Of a stretch of DNA of 64,000 bases, positions 17,109-26,683 are shown piece by piece. The notes beneath the pieces are model-generated. The model searched no databases. It saw only the letters and a list, made by a program, of their open reading frames with translations, and was not told the DNA's origin. The DNA is taken from the IMG/VR virus record IMGVR_UViG_3300034159_000059. One strand, given 5' to 3'. The stretch's first letter is position 1. Each line of letters opens with the position of its first letter. A program made the position numbers and the translations under genes. The stretch comes from a virus.

Positions 17109-20100
17109 TCAGACCACGAGCGTGAGGCGGATGTAGTTGCAGGGGTACGGGACGTCGAGGGTCACGTCGATCATCACGGTGTCCGGGTTCTCCGGGTCCT
17201 GGATGATGTTGTTGAGCTGCGCTCCGTTGAGGATGCCATTGTCCTTCAGGAACTCCAGCATGCCGGTGATGGTCGTCCCGATGGTGTCGAGGAAGACTGA
17301 GGTGATGTTCTGCCGGCCGATGAAGCGACGGATACCTGCCCGAAGGAACTTGGCGACGAAGTCGACGTCCTTCGTGATCGAGAGCTCTCGCGTCTCGATG
17401 GTCGATGTGTCGGTGGAGAGCTGGTGCCGGCAGAATACCGGTCCGCCCTGCACCTCCTGCATGAGGATGAAGGCACCTCCACCCGCCATCTGATCGAGCT
17501 GCTTCTTGGTGAACTTCTCCGTCCCCACCACCCCGGTGAGGCCGGTCATGGGGTAGTTGGTGAGTCCCTGCTGCGGAGGCAGGCCAGCGATCATGCCTGC
17601 CACGACCGCACAGGCGTAGTAGCCGGGGACTTCCTTCTCCAGACCCGCGACGGTGGTCTTCACCGTATCGGGGAAGAAGGAGTAGGCCCGCCGGTTCGCG
17701 ATGCCAGAGTTCAGCGTCGCGACGGTAGAGGCGACGAGGGAGTAGTCCGGTTTGGCGGGGGAAGAGCCTGCGATCATCAGGCTCGCGCCGCGCACATTCA
17801 TGCTCCAAGCCGCATCGAGGATGTCGGTTGGAAGGGCTACGACCTCGTAGAAGTAGTCGTCGTTCTCTCCGGCCGCGAAGGTGGTACGGAGATTCACGAG
17901 GCCGCCGGTCACCGAGGAGATTGAGTAACGGTAGAAGACGCCGTTCCAGTTGAACTCGATGTAGACGCCATTCGCCACGGTGAAGGGCAGTGACGGATTG
18001 ATTCCGGCATCGACGAGACCAGCTTGAGGCGTGACGTCGACGAGGAGCTGGTCGGCAGTGGCAGTCGAGTTCGCAGAGACGCCACTCACGACCGCCCTTG
18101 GGGCGCGGGTAGTGGGCTGCGTCTTGTTGAAGAGGACGATTCGCTCGCCCATCTCCTCGGGCTGGCTCATCAGCGTGACGTGGGTGTTGAAGAGCTGATG
18201 CACCACATCATTCTGGGTGAGCAGTGCGATGGTGTAGACCTCTTCCGACTCCAAGAAGTCGGCTGCTCTGGCGTAGGCGAGCTCGGTTCCTTCCGGAGCG
18301 GAGCCAGAGATCTCGTCGACCCCGAGGGCACCGACCACGAATCCTGGGCAGTTGAGAAGAGCCAGGTAGGTACCGAAGGCGAGAGGGTTGGCGTCCGTCA
18401 CCGGGTCCATCACCGAGGTGAGGGTGCTGGTGTCTTGGAGATGGACGACTCCCGCGACTGCCGCGGACGCCGAGACATCGCGACGAAGTCCCTTGAACTG
18501 GATGTAGAGAGATGCCGGGCTGGTGGCGAAGTCGAGGGGGTAGCCAGTGACTGGATCGCGGACGAGATCCGGACCGATCACCAGGTTGCTGCTCACATCG
18601 ACGTAGGCGTCAGGATTCGGACGCCCTGTTCCGGCTGTCGCGGTCTGCGCTGCCGTGAAGCCGAGAGCCGTGAGAGCGGTTCCGTCGACGATGTAGACCA
18701 GAGATCCCGCGCCAGCAAGGGTGCTGGTGAGGACGAGGTTCGTCCCCGCTCCGTTCTTCGAAGCGACTGTGCCACCGACGAGCTGGTTGACGGTGTCGAC
18801 GGCGATGTCGAGCGAGGTATCGGTGAAGCCCACATCGTAGACGTGAGCGCCTCGGTCTAGAGAGAATCGGAGGTTCTCTCCAGTGAGCCCAGAGAACGAA
18901 GCGTCGGTTCCGGTACCGCTGGTGTCCGCGCTGGTGGAGTAGCCGAGGACCGTGGCCGCGGAGCTCGTCGCCTTGAAGGTGATGCTCTGAAGCCTTCCCG
19001 TCTTGGCGGTGGCAAGCTTCAGCTTGCCGGAATCGACAGAGGCAACGACGCCCGTGATGCTGACGGCCGCAGCCATTCCGGCGACGGTGGTGACGGGGGT
19101 GGAGCTTGTGAAGGTGAACGTTCCGACTGTCGCGACTCCATCCACCGTGAGGATGTAATCGATCCGGAGACCGGCGAGAGCCACGCCTCCGGACGGATCC
19201 GGGACGGCCCCGCCTTCGACCGAGGCGGCCACTGCTGCGGAAGCCGCAGCCGATCCCGTGACGGTGGACTTGGTTGCCGAAACGGTGGGCGAGAGCCCCG
19301 TTGCCTTGAACCACACGTACTGCGGCGCGAAGGGGGCAGCGTCGATGGGAAGACCGAGAAGAGCGTCGTCGTAGGTCTTCGAGAGGTAGCGGCCTTCCGT
19401 GTCAGCGGTAGAGAGGGCAGCGTCGATGGTGCCCATCCGGAAGCGAGTCGGATCGACGCGAGAGATCTCACCGCTCTTGAGCCGCGTGCCGTCGGCCCAG
19501 ATCTGATCCCCTGCCAGGATCGGGATGCCGTTGGTGCCGAAGGTGATGGCGGCAGAGCGTGCATGCGTCAGCGCGCCTGTGGCGACGTTGATCATGCCGG
19601 CATGAGAGGCCCAGGCCGAGTCTGCCGAAGAGACCCCACCCACGCTGTAGTCGCCACGGAAGAACTCGATCCAGGCGCTCTGTGTGGTGTTGTTCTGGAG
19701 GTTGTATGCACGGTAGCCGGCGCCGCACACCCTCTCTTCGGTTCCGACAGAGCCGACGGAGTTCCAGCCGATGCCGAGAAGAGCATTCGCCGTCCCACCC
19801 GCGCGCACCGTGATTGAGGAGAGCGCCCCGTAGCTCGGAGAGGAGAGACGGACGCCTGTGACGGAATCCCCCGACACAGTGACCGAAGCGATCGCCATCC
19901 CAAAGGCGTTGTTGATGACGGTGACGATGTCGGCCGGCGCGTAAGGAGACGAGCCCGGAAACGGGATGGTCACGTCTTGCGTGGTGTTGGCCGTAGTCGG
20001 CTGGTCGATGGCGAGAACGAGGTTCTGCCCACCGATGGAGAAGCTGGTTCCGACGATGTCGAGGACCGCCTTGGACGCCACATGGCTTGCGACCAGGAAG

Positions 20101-20426
20101 CCTTCTCCAGGATTCATCAGGAGCTCAGCGAGCCGACCTCCTGTGTAGAGGAAGGGACGGATCGAAGCCGTCTGGATGTCGACCTCGTCGATGTTGCCTC
20201 GCGGGTTCGGGAAAGACGAATGGGTGATCGTCTTTCCGAGCTGCGCGTAAGCACCGTACTTCGCCTTCGAGTTGATGGTTCCATCGGAGGTGAGGACGTT
20301 GATGACCTCGAAGGCCGCACCGACGATGACCGGCGCGAGCGTCGGCGTGAGGAACGTCGGCGACGTCTTGCGCGCGGTCTGAATGACATCGACGCCTGGC
20401 CGGGCGATCTCAGCAGTGGCGGCCAT
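17109..20426 (-). CDS. Tail sheath protein (1105 aa, with large insertion domains)
   Basis: N-terminus MAATAEIARPGVDVIQT… and C-terminus …QGGPVFCRHQLSTDTS…YIRLTLVV match the conserved sheath terminal domains; the long Thr/Ser/Gly/Ala middle is consistent with extra insertion domains. Confidence 0.8.
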   Translation of the reverse strand: MAATAEIARPGVDVIQTARKTSPTFLTPTLAPVIVGAAFEVINVLTSDGTINSKAKYGAYAQLGKTITHSSFPNPRGNIDEVDIQTASIRPFLYTGGRLAELLMNPGEGFLVASHVASKAVLDIVGTSFSIGGQNLVLAIDQPTTANTTQDVTIPFPGSSPYAPADIVTVINNAFGMAIASVTVSGDSVTGVRLSSPSYGALSSITVRAGGTANALLGIGWNSVGSVGTEERVCGAGYRAYNLQNNTTQSAWIEFFRGDYSVGGVSSADSAWASHAGMINVATGALTHARSAAITFGTNGIPILAGDQIWADGTRLKSGEISRVDPTRFRMGTIDAALSTADTEGRYLSKTYDDALLGLPIDAAPFAPQYVWFKATGLSPTVSATKSTVTGSAAASAAVAASVEGGAVPDPSGGVALAGLRIDYILTVDGVATVGTFTFTSSTPVTTVAGMAAAVSITGVVASVDSGKLKLATAKTGRLQSITFKATSSAATVLGYSTSADTSGTGTDASFSGLTGENLRFSLDRGAHVYDVGFTDTSLDIAVDTVNQLVGGTVASKNGAGTNLVLTSTLAGAGSLVYIVDGTALTALGFTAAQTATAGTGRPNPDAYVDVSSNLVIGPDLVRDPVTGYPLDFATSPASLYIQFKGLRRDVSASAAVAGVVHLQDTSTLTSVMDPVTDANPLAFGTYLALLNCPGFVVGALGVDEISGSAPEGTELAYARAADFLESEEVYTIALLTQNDVVHQLFNTHVTLMSQPEEMGERIVLFNKTQPTTRAPRAVVSGVSANSTATADQLLVDVTPQAGLVDAGINPSLPFTVANGVYIEFNWNGVFYRYSISSVTGGLVNLRTTFAAGENDDYFYEVVALPTDILDAAWSMNVRGASLMIAGSSPAKPDYSLVASTVATLNSGIANRRAYSFFPDTVKTTVAGLEKEVPGYYACAVVAGMIAGLPPQQGLTNYPMTGLTGVVGTEKFTKKQLDQMAGGGAFILMQEVQGGPVFCRHQLSTDTSTIETRELSITKDVDFVAKFLRAGIRRFIGRQNITSVFLDTIGTTITGMLEFLKDNGILNGAQLNNIIQDPENPDTVMIDVTLDVPYPCNYIRLTLVV

Positions 20427-20438
20427 CTTCTGCTCCTT

Positions 20439-21200
20439 TCACTTCCGAAGCTTGCGGGGTCTCGGCACGAGAGTCGCGACCCGTTGAGTGAGCGAAATCA
20501 CTTTTGTGTCCTTCAGAACTCGTCCACCGATCGCCGGTTCTCGTAGAGCGGGTTGCTCTGCCGGCGTCGTGCCGTTGACCTCAGAAGTTAGTATCAGGTC
20601 GAGCTCTTTGAGAAGAAGTTTGTCTACGGGCGAGATGCGATATGAATCCTGAAAGAAGAATGGGACTGTGACCGAGACAAGAGAAAAGTCCTTCCCAGAG
20701 TCAGGAAGAAGCGATCCTGCGTCTGTTTCCGCGCTGTAAGAGATGTCTTCTCCGACTCGGTGCATGCCTGCTCGAAGAAGATTCCTCTTGAGCGTTCGGG
20801 TCGCATACCCAGCGATCCAGGCAATGCGTTGTGCCTCCAACCCCTCACGAGCGAGACAGTTGTAGACCATGGTCGCAGCGACCAGGTCGGTGTGGGACTT
20901 GGCCCCCGTCTCGAAGTCGTAGTCCTTGAACTGATCCATCGAGATGTTGGACCAAGCAGCAGGCCCTCTCATGCAGACAATGGCGGGACGCTTCTCCAAG
21001 ACATCAGCTCTCAACACCCCTTGATCACTGACGAGGATGTCAGAGTTCTCTTGGTCCGGCTCCCACTTGTACGAGCCCTTGTCGAACGTGGAGAAGACGA
21101 GCTGAAGAAAGCGAACGAAGACCTTGGTGAAGTGGAGAAGGGGGTCTTCTCCAACTCCTTGTGGCTGCGGGGGCCCGTTGCTGTTCTTCAGCTCACTCAT
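20439..21200 (-). CDS. Hypothetical tail protein
   Basis: Start moved to the internal ATG (MSELKNSNGP…); the ORF track extension from 21260 overlaps the upstream gene. Confidence 0.45.
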   Translation of the reverse strand: MSELKNSNGPPQPQGVGEDPLLHFTKVFVRFLQLVFSTFDKGSYKWEPDQENSDILVSDQGVLRADVLEKRPAIVCMRGPAAWSNISMDQFKDYDFETGAKSHTDLVAATMVYNCLAREGLEAQRIAWIAGYATRTLKRNLLRAGMHRVGEDISYSAETDAGSLLPDSGKDFSLVSVTVPFFFQDSYRISPVDKLLLKELDLILTSEVNGTTPAEQPALREPAIGGRVLKDTKVISLTQRVATLVPRPRKLRK

Positions 21201-21573
21201 CAGACTCGACCATCTTCTGCTGACGGGTATTCGCGTAGTTCTGAGCGGCCATGAGCCCAACCATGGAGACGCCGAGAAGGGGGTAAAGCACTCGCTGTTT
21301 GAAAGCGGGGCTCATCTGCGGGTACTTGCTCTTGAGAGCGGTAGAGAGGCCCTTGTCAATGAGGGCCGCCGCTCCATGACCTGCTGCATACCCAAGGGCG
21401 TAGGTGGCACCCGACTTGAGGGCCTTCTTCCAGCGGGGGTTCTTCTTGATCGCATCTTCCGCGATCTTCTCGACCTCATCGAGACAAGAAGCGTTTCGCA
21501 GCTCGTTGCGCTGGTCAGCGAAGCGTGCCTTGTGGGTGGCCGAAAAACGACAGGATGTCCTTGTAGTCGGCAT
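21193..21573 (-). CDS. Hypothetical protein carrying an LDEVEKIAED motif; either an overlapped ATG start or expressed by -1 frameshift from the upstream gene
   Basis: The protein-like part of ORF 21193..21741 begins exactly where the upstream gene (21515..22432) ends; slippery G_TTT_TTC at 21542-21548. Confidence 0.3.
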   Translation of the reverse strand: MPTTRTSCRFSATHKARFADQRNELRNASCLDEVEKIAEDAIKKNPRWKKALKSGATYALGYAAGHGAAALIDKGLSTALKSKYPQMSPAFKQRVLYPLLGVSMVGLMAAQNYANTRQQKMVESDE

Positions 21574-22432
21574 CGGGAGAGTCGATGTTCTGGGCGTTGC
21601 GGAAGTTCCTCTCGGAAGCAGGGACCAGTCCCTGAGCATCGATGTTGAGGGGAATGGAGTACTCGATGTCGCTTCTCGGGACCTCATGGAGCTGAAGCTC
21701 TTGATGAACGACAGCTCTAAGTCTCTGGGTTGGCACAACATTCACTACTCGCCAACGCCTATTCTCTGACTCGATGAGTATGTCCCGGGGGGAGACGGGT
21801 GGGAAGGATGAACACCGTGCGGCGGTGTTTGATGGCTGGGTCTCCCCCATGGCTTGAAGAGCCACCTGCTTCGGGTTGGGGTCGAATTGGATGAAGATCT
21901 CGACGGGAGAGAGGTAACCCCCAAGCCATCCTGTCCCAAAGCATGGGAGATGGTTGGACCGAGCGATGCGGTTCAGCGTGGCGTCGTAGCAAGAGCAACG
22001 AGGACCGAACGTGCGCGCTGGGAACAACCAACTACGACGCCCGACGAACTCCCGGAAGAGTTGGTCTTCTTCCCGAATGATGGCGGAAGCGAGGATGTCT
22101 GGTGCCGCTTCTGAGGAGGCGGTGGGGCCCACCTCGGCTGTCTCATTCGTGCGCCGATCTACGATCCGAAGCTTGTAGAAGAACTGGCGCCACTTGTGGA
22201 GCGCGGGAACGCGATTGTCTCGGAAGCGATACAGGTCGCGGAAAGGCCCACCCATGACAGCATACGGCCCCATCGCTGCCTCAGAGCGCAGGACGAAGAA
22301 GTCGTAGTTGTAGATCTCGTGGCTCTTCAGATCCGAGTCTGTAGACGGACCCCTCACCGTCGAGATTTCCCAGAAGACGTCCAGGAAGTCGATGGAGAAG
22401 GAGCGTACCCAGAGCTTCGTGACTGTGAGCAC
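21515..22432 (-). CDS. Hypothetical tail/baseplate protein
   Basis: 305-aa ORF between the fiber and sheath genes. Confidence 0.5.
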   Translation of the reverse strand: MLTVTKLWVRSFSIDFLDVFWEISTVRGPSTDSDLKSHEIYNYDFFVLRSEAAMGPYAVMGGPFRDLYRFRDNRVPALHKWRQFFYKLRIVDRRTNETAEVGPTASSEAAPDILASAIIREEDQLFREFVGRRSWLFPARTFGPRCSCYDATLNRIARSNHLPCFGTGWLGGYLSPVEIFIQFDPNPKQVALQAMGETQPSNTAARCSSFPPVSPRDILIESENRRWRVVNVVPTQRLRAVVHQELQLHEVPRSDIEYSIPLNIDAQGLVPASERNFRNAQNIDSPDADYKDILSFFGHPQGTLR

Positions 22433-23803
22433 TTACGGATCCTTGAGCTTCGAGAACTGCTGGAGGTTGCTGGTGTTGGGGATGTAGGAGCCGGTGATGG
22501 AGTAGACCGCGATCGGGTTCGTCTTGTTGATGGCGTCGTTGCGCGTCGGGTAGATGCGGATCTTGCCGCTGATGAGGTTGTTTCGAGCGTCGAAGTCCGT
22601 GTCCTCGATCTGGACGTTCTCCCCACAGAGCCCAAGAACCTTCGTCAGGTTATCCTTCACGGAGCTGAGCCAGACGTTGAAGTCCGAAGGGATGAGATCC
22701 GTCTTGGCCTTGATGTCTGTCAGGGTTCCGGACGCCGTACCAAGGCTACCAAGACCTGAAGCAACGGAGTCGAGAGCAGCTTTAGTAGAATGGAGGTCGT
22801 CTCCAGTCCCGAACCCCACCCCTTCGATGGAGTCGAGCTTTCCTGAGATAGCAGCGAGGTCGGTGGCAGGTGTTCCCTTGACCCCAGCAATGGCAGTCGT
22901 GATCACTTCCTGAGAGGTGGTGATCGCCCCTTCGATACCCGACTCCGCAGTTCCGAGGGCGTCTGTGACTACCGTCTGCGAAGAACCGATCTGGGAGAAG
23001 ACCTCTGAGAGATCCTTGCTGGAAGCGCCTTTGAGGCTTGCGACTGCTCCTGAGACGTCTCCAGAGCTCGCAGGTGCGGCGGGGATGAGGTCCGTCTGAG
23101 CCTTGATGTCCGCGGCCAGTGTAGAGGTGTTTGAGTTGATGCTCGTCACGGCACTCGTGACATCCCCTGTCGTAGCCGGAGCCGCAGGAAGGTTGTCTGT
23201 CTTCGCCTTTACCGCGAGCACATCCGTGTCTACTTGGGTGAGGTCTTTGGAAGACGCTCCCATGATAGCGGCCTGTGCCGAAGTCACGTCTGCTTGAGCC
23301 GCAGGCGTTGCGGGAAGATTGTCTGTCTGGGACTTGACTGCGAGAACGTCGGTATCGACCTGAGAGAGGTCCTTGCTTGACGCACCCTTGATGCTGGTGA
23401 CGGCGCTTGTCACATCACTCTGGGAAGCAGGGGTAGCAGGCAAGTTGTCGGTCTTGGTTTTGACTGCCAAGACGTCGGTGTCGACTTGAGACAGGTCCTT
23501 GTTCGAGGCGCCTTTGACTCCTGTCACTGCGGCATCGATGTAACCAGTGTTGAAGAGCTGGTCCTGGTCCTTGAGAGTGGCGCCGAGAGACACTCCTCCG
23601 GCAGAGACGCGGAAGATGACGTTGTGAACACCTGTCGGAGCAGCCGACCAGTCGTAGTCGAAGTAGTACCACCCGTCCCCGCTCGTGACCTCCGTAATGG
23701 TCGGAGGCGTAGAGAGGTCAGCCAAGGTATCGAGCCGCTTCCAGATGCTGAAGGCCGGAGTGAGGCCGGTCTTCCCTGCACCGAAATCAAGACCGTATCG
23801 CAT
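22433..23803 (-). CDS. Tail fiber-like protein with KTDNLP repeat units (paralog of 9148..10785)
   Basis: 4-5 tandem units …KDLSQVDTDVLAVK(T/A)KTDNLPATPA(S/A)QSDVTSAVTSI…; shares identical peptides and near-identical DNA with the other fiber. Confidence 0.65.
   Translation of the reverse strand: MRYGLDFGAGKTGLTPAFSIWKRLDTLADLSTPPTITEVTSGDGWYYFDYDWSAAPTGVHNVIFRVSAGGVSLGATLKDQDQLFNTGYIDAAVTGVKGASNKDLSQVDTDVLAVKTKTDNLPATPASQSDVTSAVTSIKGASSKDLSQVDTDVLAVKSQTDNLPATPAAQADVTSAQAAIMGASSKDLTQVDTDVLAVKAKTDNLPAAPATTGDVTSAVTSINSNTSTLAADIKAQTDLIPAAPASSGDVSGAVASLKGASSKDLSEVFSQIGSSQTVVTDALGTAESGIEGAITTSQEVITTAIAGVKGTPATDLAAISGKLDSIEGVGFGTGDDLHSTKAALDSVASGLGSLGTASGTLTDIKAKTDLIPSDFNVWLSSVKDNLTKVLGLCGENVQIEDTDFDARNNLISGKIRIYPTRNDAINKTNPIAVYSITGSYIPNTSNLQQFSKLKDP
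22990..23515 (-). repeat. Intragenic tandem repeat (about 126-nt units) encoding the KTDNLP repeats
   Basis: Repeated …ggaaggttgtctgtcttcgcc… unit visible in the DNA. Confidence 0.5.
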
Positions 23804-23823
23804 GTGTTACCTCTCCGACGTTT

Positions 23824-24720
23824 TTACGCGCTCACCTGCTGAAGAGCCTTGGACTGCAACGCCTTCTGCGCGAACGGACCTGCGGCGGCACCGCCGATGC
23901 TCCCCTTGACAGCCCCACCTGCCATAGAGCCTAGGAGAGAATGACCCTGTCGCTCCTGCGGGGAGCGCATCATCTGCCTCGCCCCACCTGCTGCTGCACC
24001 GAGGCCTGCGCCGACGAGAGCGCGCTGCTTGAGAGACGTACCCGCTGTCGCCTGCAAGGCACTACGTGCGATGGGAGCTGCCTTGGTCACTGCCGCCTTG
24101 GCGGCTGGGAGAACTTTCCCTGCGATCCCGGCTAGCATGCCCGGGATCGCTCCTTCCTTCTCCATTAGCGCCCGCATCAGCTCCACCGAAGACTGCTTGA
24201 GCTTCTCGTCCGAGGCCGGGCCTCGAATGACCCGATGCGCGAGACGGCCGGCGCCGTATCCAGTCATAGCCCCTACGACGGGGTTCTTGTTCTTAGAAGC
24301 TTGCCGGAGCGCTCCGAAGAGAGCTCCAGTGTTGCTCCATCCCTCGGCGCGTTCCCTCTTGGTCTTCGGGGCCCGATCCTTCTTCTCGGAGAGCTTCTCC
24401 ATGTCCGCTCGGGCCAGATCACGAGCCCATCCCGCAACCGTCGCGATCTTGAGAGCCGAGACCTTCGTGAAGCCGGTCTTCTTGGCGGTGTCGGACATCC
24501 TCTGGATGGCCTCCTTCATACCGCCAACGGACTCATGCATCTTGGTGAGAGCCTTCTTAGGGGCCGGAGGGTGGAGAAGTGCCGGCTTGACTGGAGGCAC
24601 CATCCCCTCCTTCACGATGGCGGAAAGCTGCTCCACTGAGAGGGTCTTGAGGTAGTCGACGGGCTGCGAATCTTCTTCGAGGTACGTCGCGAGCAAGGTT
24701 TCGTAGTTCATTTTGTCCAC
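23824..24720 (-). CDS. Gly/Ala-rich basic hypothetical virion protein
   Basis: 298 aa; low-complexity G/A/K-rich; composition like 44654..45553 and 60375..61106. Confidence 0.5.
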   Translation of the reverse strand: MDKMNYETLLATYLEEDSQPVDYLKTLSVEQLSAIVKEGMVPPVKPALLHPPAPKKALTKMHESVGGMKEAIQRMSDTAKKTGFTKVSALKIATVAGWARDLARADMEKLSEKKDRAPKTKRERAEGWSNTGALFGALRQASKNKNPVVGAMTGYGAGRLAHRVIRGPASDEKLKQSSVELMRALMEKEGAIPGMLAGIAGKVLPAAKAAVTKAAPIARSALQATAGTSLKQRALVGAGLGAAAGGARQMMRSPQERQGHSLLGSMAGGAVKGSIGGAAAGPFAQKALQSKALQQVSA

Positions 24721-25184
24721 TCCCGAATCTGACGAGCGAGATCGATCCCGAGACGAGCGCCTGTGGCGCCGTAGGTCAGGCTTCCTGCCACCGGGTGTTC
24801 AGCCATGGCCTTTGAGACTCCGGCATACGCACCGGCCACTGCATCCTGAACCTTGTGAGAGAAACCTGGCTTCTTCCCCTTCTTTTGAAGCTTCTCTCCT
24901 TCGGCCTTCTGAGCAGCTTGCATCTGCGCTGCATCAAGCTCTTGAAGAGAAGGCTTTCCCTTCCACCTCTTCACGGTCGCAGCGCCGAGACCTGTGGCAA
25001 GAGCTCCACCGACCAACGCTCCGAGAATTTCTGGACGATTCGCCTGGGCCATCTGCTTTCCTGCGTTGAAGGCCTTATGGACGAAGTCAGAAGCCACTCC
25101 AGCGGTCTTCGCTTTGGCGAGTAGCTCGGGAAGGGGGTCGTTCATGTAGGCGAGCCTAGAAGAGAAGAAGTTCGGTGGGAACAA
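24708..25184 (-). CDS. Hypothetical basic protein
   Basis: 158 aa; contains DPLPELLAKAKTAG, resembling the FDELEKIA motif family. Confidence 0.45.
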   Translation of the reverse strand: MFPPNFFSSRLAYMNDPLPELLAKAKTAGVASDFVHKAFNAGKQMAQANRPEILGALVGGALATGLGAATVKRWKGKPSLQELDAAQMQAAQKAEGEKLQKKGKKPGFSHKVQDAVAGAYAGVSKAMAEHPVAGSLTYGATGARLGIDLARQIREWTK

Positions 25185-25201
25185 GCACGTAGACAGGAAG
25201 G

Positions 25202-26683
25202 CTACTTTGCTACAGTCCCTCCGACCGTATCATTAAGAGGCGTCCCGCCATACACCGCAGCGTGGGTTGCTACGGTAGACCCGGCCTTCAGATCCCCTGC
25301 TGTCCCGGTAACGGTGTTGTTCGCTCCCTCAAGTACGTGACCCCAGTGGTTCACCAGAACGCCAGCTCCACCACTCCCCGATCCCGAAACGTTCGAGTAC
25401 TTCATGAAGGCTCCGTTCTCGACCGTGACTCCGTTGGTGACACAGTTAGTGATGGAGAAGGGACCAGTGATGCCCAGGTAAGAAGCGCCAGCCACATCGA
25501 TACACTCACTCCCGGAAGTGGACCCTACGATCTGACCACCCATTCCTTTCGTGGCGATGATGGCCATGTATCCGTAGGGGCTGACGAAAAGAGTCGTTCC
25601 TTTGACGTCCGGATTCCATAGGTACGTCGTGTTTCCTAGTCCGGAGAACGTGGCCAGGTAGAATGAGCGAATGACCACGTAGGCATTCAAGATGTAGCCG
25701 GGACCTCCGATCCCAACCGAAGGAGAGCCGCTCGAAGAGGCGAACACCGCCCCGGCTCCGTTCAACGCTATGTTAGCGATGATGTCTTCTGCTGAGTTTG
25801 GGATCCACGCTGGAGCAACGCCAACATAACCAACCTGATGGCGAGCCGCTCCTCCGAAGGAGAAGCTGACACTCCCAGTGCCATCGAAGTAGGTGACGTA
25901 GAGGAAGGTGTTGACTCCTTCCTCGGTGGTCACTGCGATCCCGGTAAACTTCAACTTATAGAGAATGAGACTTGCGAAGCCTTTCGGACGAGTCCCGCTC
26001 AGGAAGAGGTAGTTACCGTTTCCCTGTCCAGAGATGATGGAGCCCGGAGACTCGATGACGAACTTGTCCCCCACCACAGGACGGGCGGAGGCTCCGTTGT
26101 CTCCTGCATTCATGGAGAAGTTGCCGTCAACCGTGTTGCCGGTAACGATACGAACGTACCCTGCTGCTGCTCCAGTCGTGAATCGCAAGAAGTAGGTGTC
26201 GTACTGGTTCAGCGTCAAGCTCAGGGTACTGTCCTGCACCTTGATGACAGCACTGCTGGTGCCTACCGTCACTCCAGTAATGGTCCTCTGACCGAGGCCC
26301 GAGTCGATCATCGTCCCCTGGATCGCGCACGGCTCTCCTTTAGGGCCCAGAGGGGTTCCGAAACGAACCGTATACGATCCGGTGATGGAGAACGTACCTG
26401 CTGTCAGGTTGACACGACACTTCCCTGTCCAGAAGTTCGGTACAGCCTCGATCGCTGCCTGGAAGGTCCTCTTCGGTAGGGTTTGGGTTCCAGGCCAAGA
26501 GTCATTCCCGTTGACGGGATCGGCGTAGACGCCAACGTCTCCTTGGTAGACCTTGAAGTCGGGAGCTAGGAGCGGGACGAGAGAGTTACCGGACTGATCC
26601 ACCGCGCTGCTTTTGATGACCTGTGCTAGCACCAGGCTAGGAAGCAGCGACCCTAGAAACAGGAGTCTCTTGGATGAGATCAT
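25202..26683 (-). CDS. Secreted right-handed beta-helix (DUF1565/pectate-lyase-fold) protein; putative depolymerase/tailspike
   Basis: Signal-peptide-like MISSKRLLFLGSLLPSLVLAQV then VYADPVNGNDSWPGTQTLP…FQAAIEAVP (DUF1565 N-terminal signature); tandem paralog of 26680..28125. Confidence 0.6.
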   Translation of the reverse strand: MISSKRLLFLGSLLPSLVLAQVIKSSAVDQSGNSLVPLLAPDFKVYQGDVGVYADPVNGNDSWPGTQTLPKRTFQAAIEAVPNFWTGKCRVNLTAGTFSITGSYTVRFGTPLGPKGEPCAIQGTMIDSGLGQRTITGVTVGTSSAVIKVQDSTLSLTLNQYDTYFLRFTTGAAAGYVRIVTGNTVDGNFSMNAGDNGASARPVVGDKFVIESPGSIISGQGNGNYLFLSGTRPKGFASLILYKLKFTGIAVTTEEGVNTFLYVTYFDGTGSVSFSFGGAARHQVGYVGVAPAWIPNSAEDIIANIALNGAGAVFASSSGSPSVGIGGPGYILNAYVVIRSFYLATFSGLGNTTYLWNPDVKGTTLFVSPYGYMAIIATKGMGGQIVGSTSGSECIDVAGASYLGITGPFSITNCVTNGVTVENGAFMKYSNVSGSGSGGAGVLVNHWGHVLEGANNTVTGTAGDLKAGSTVATHAAVYGGTPLNDTVGGTVAK

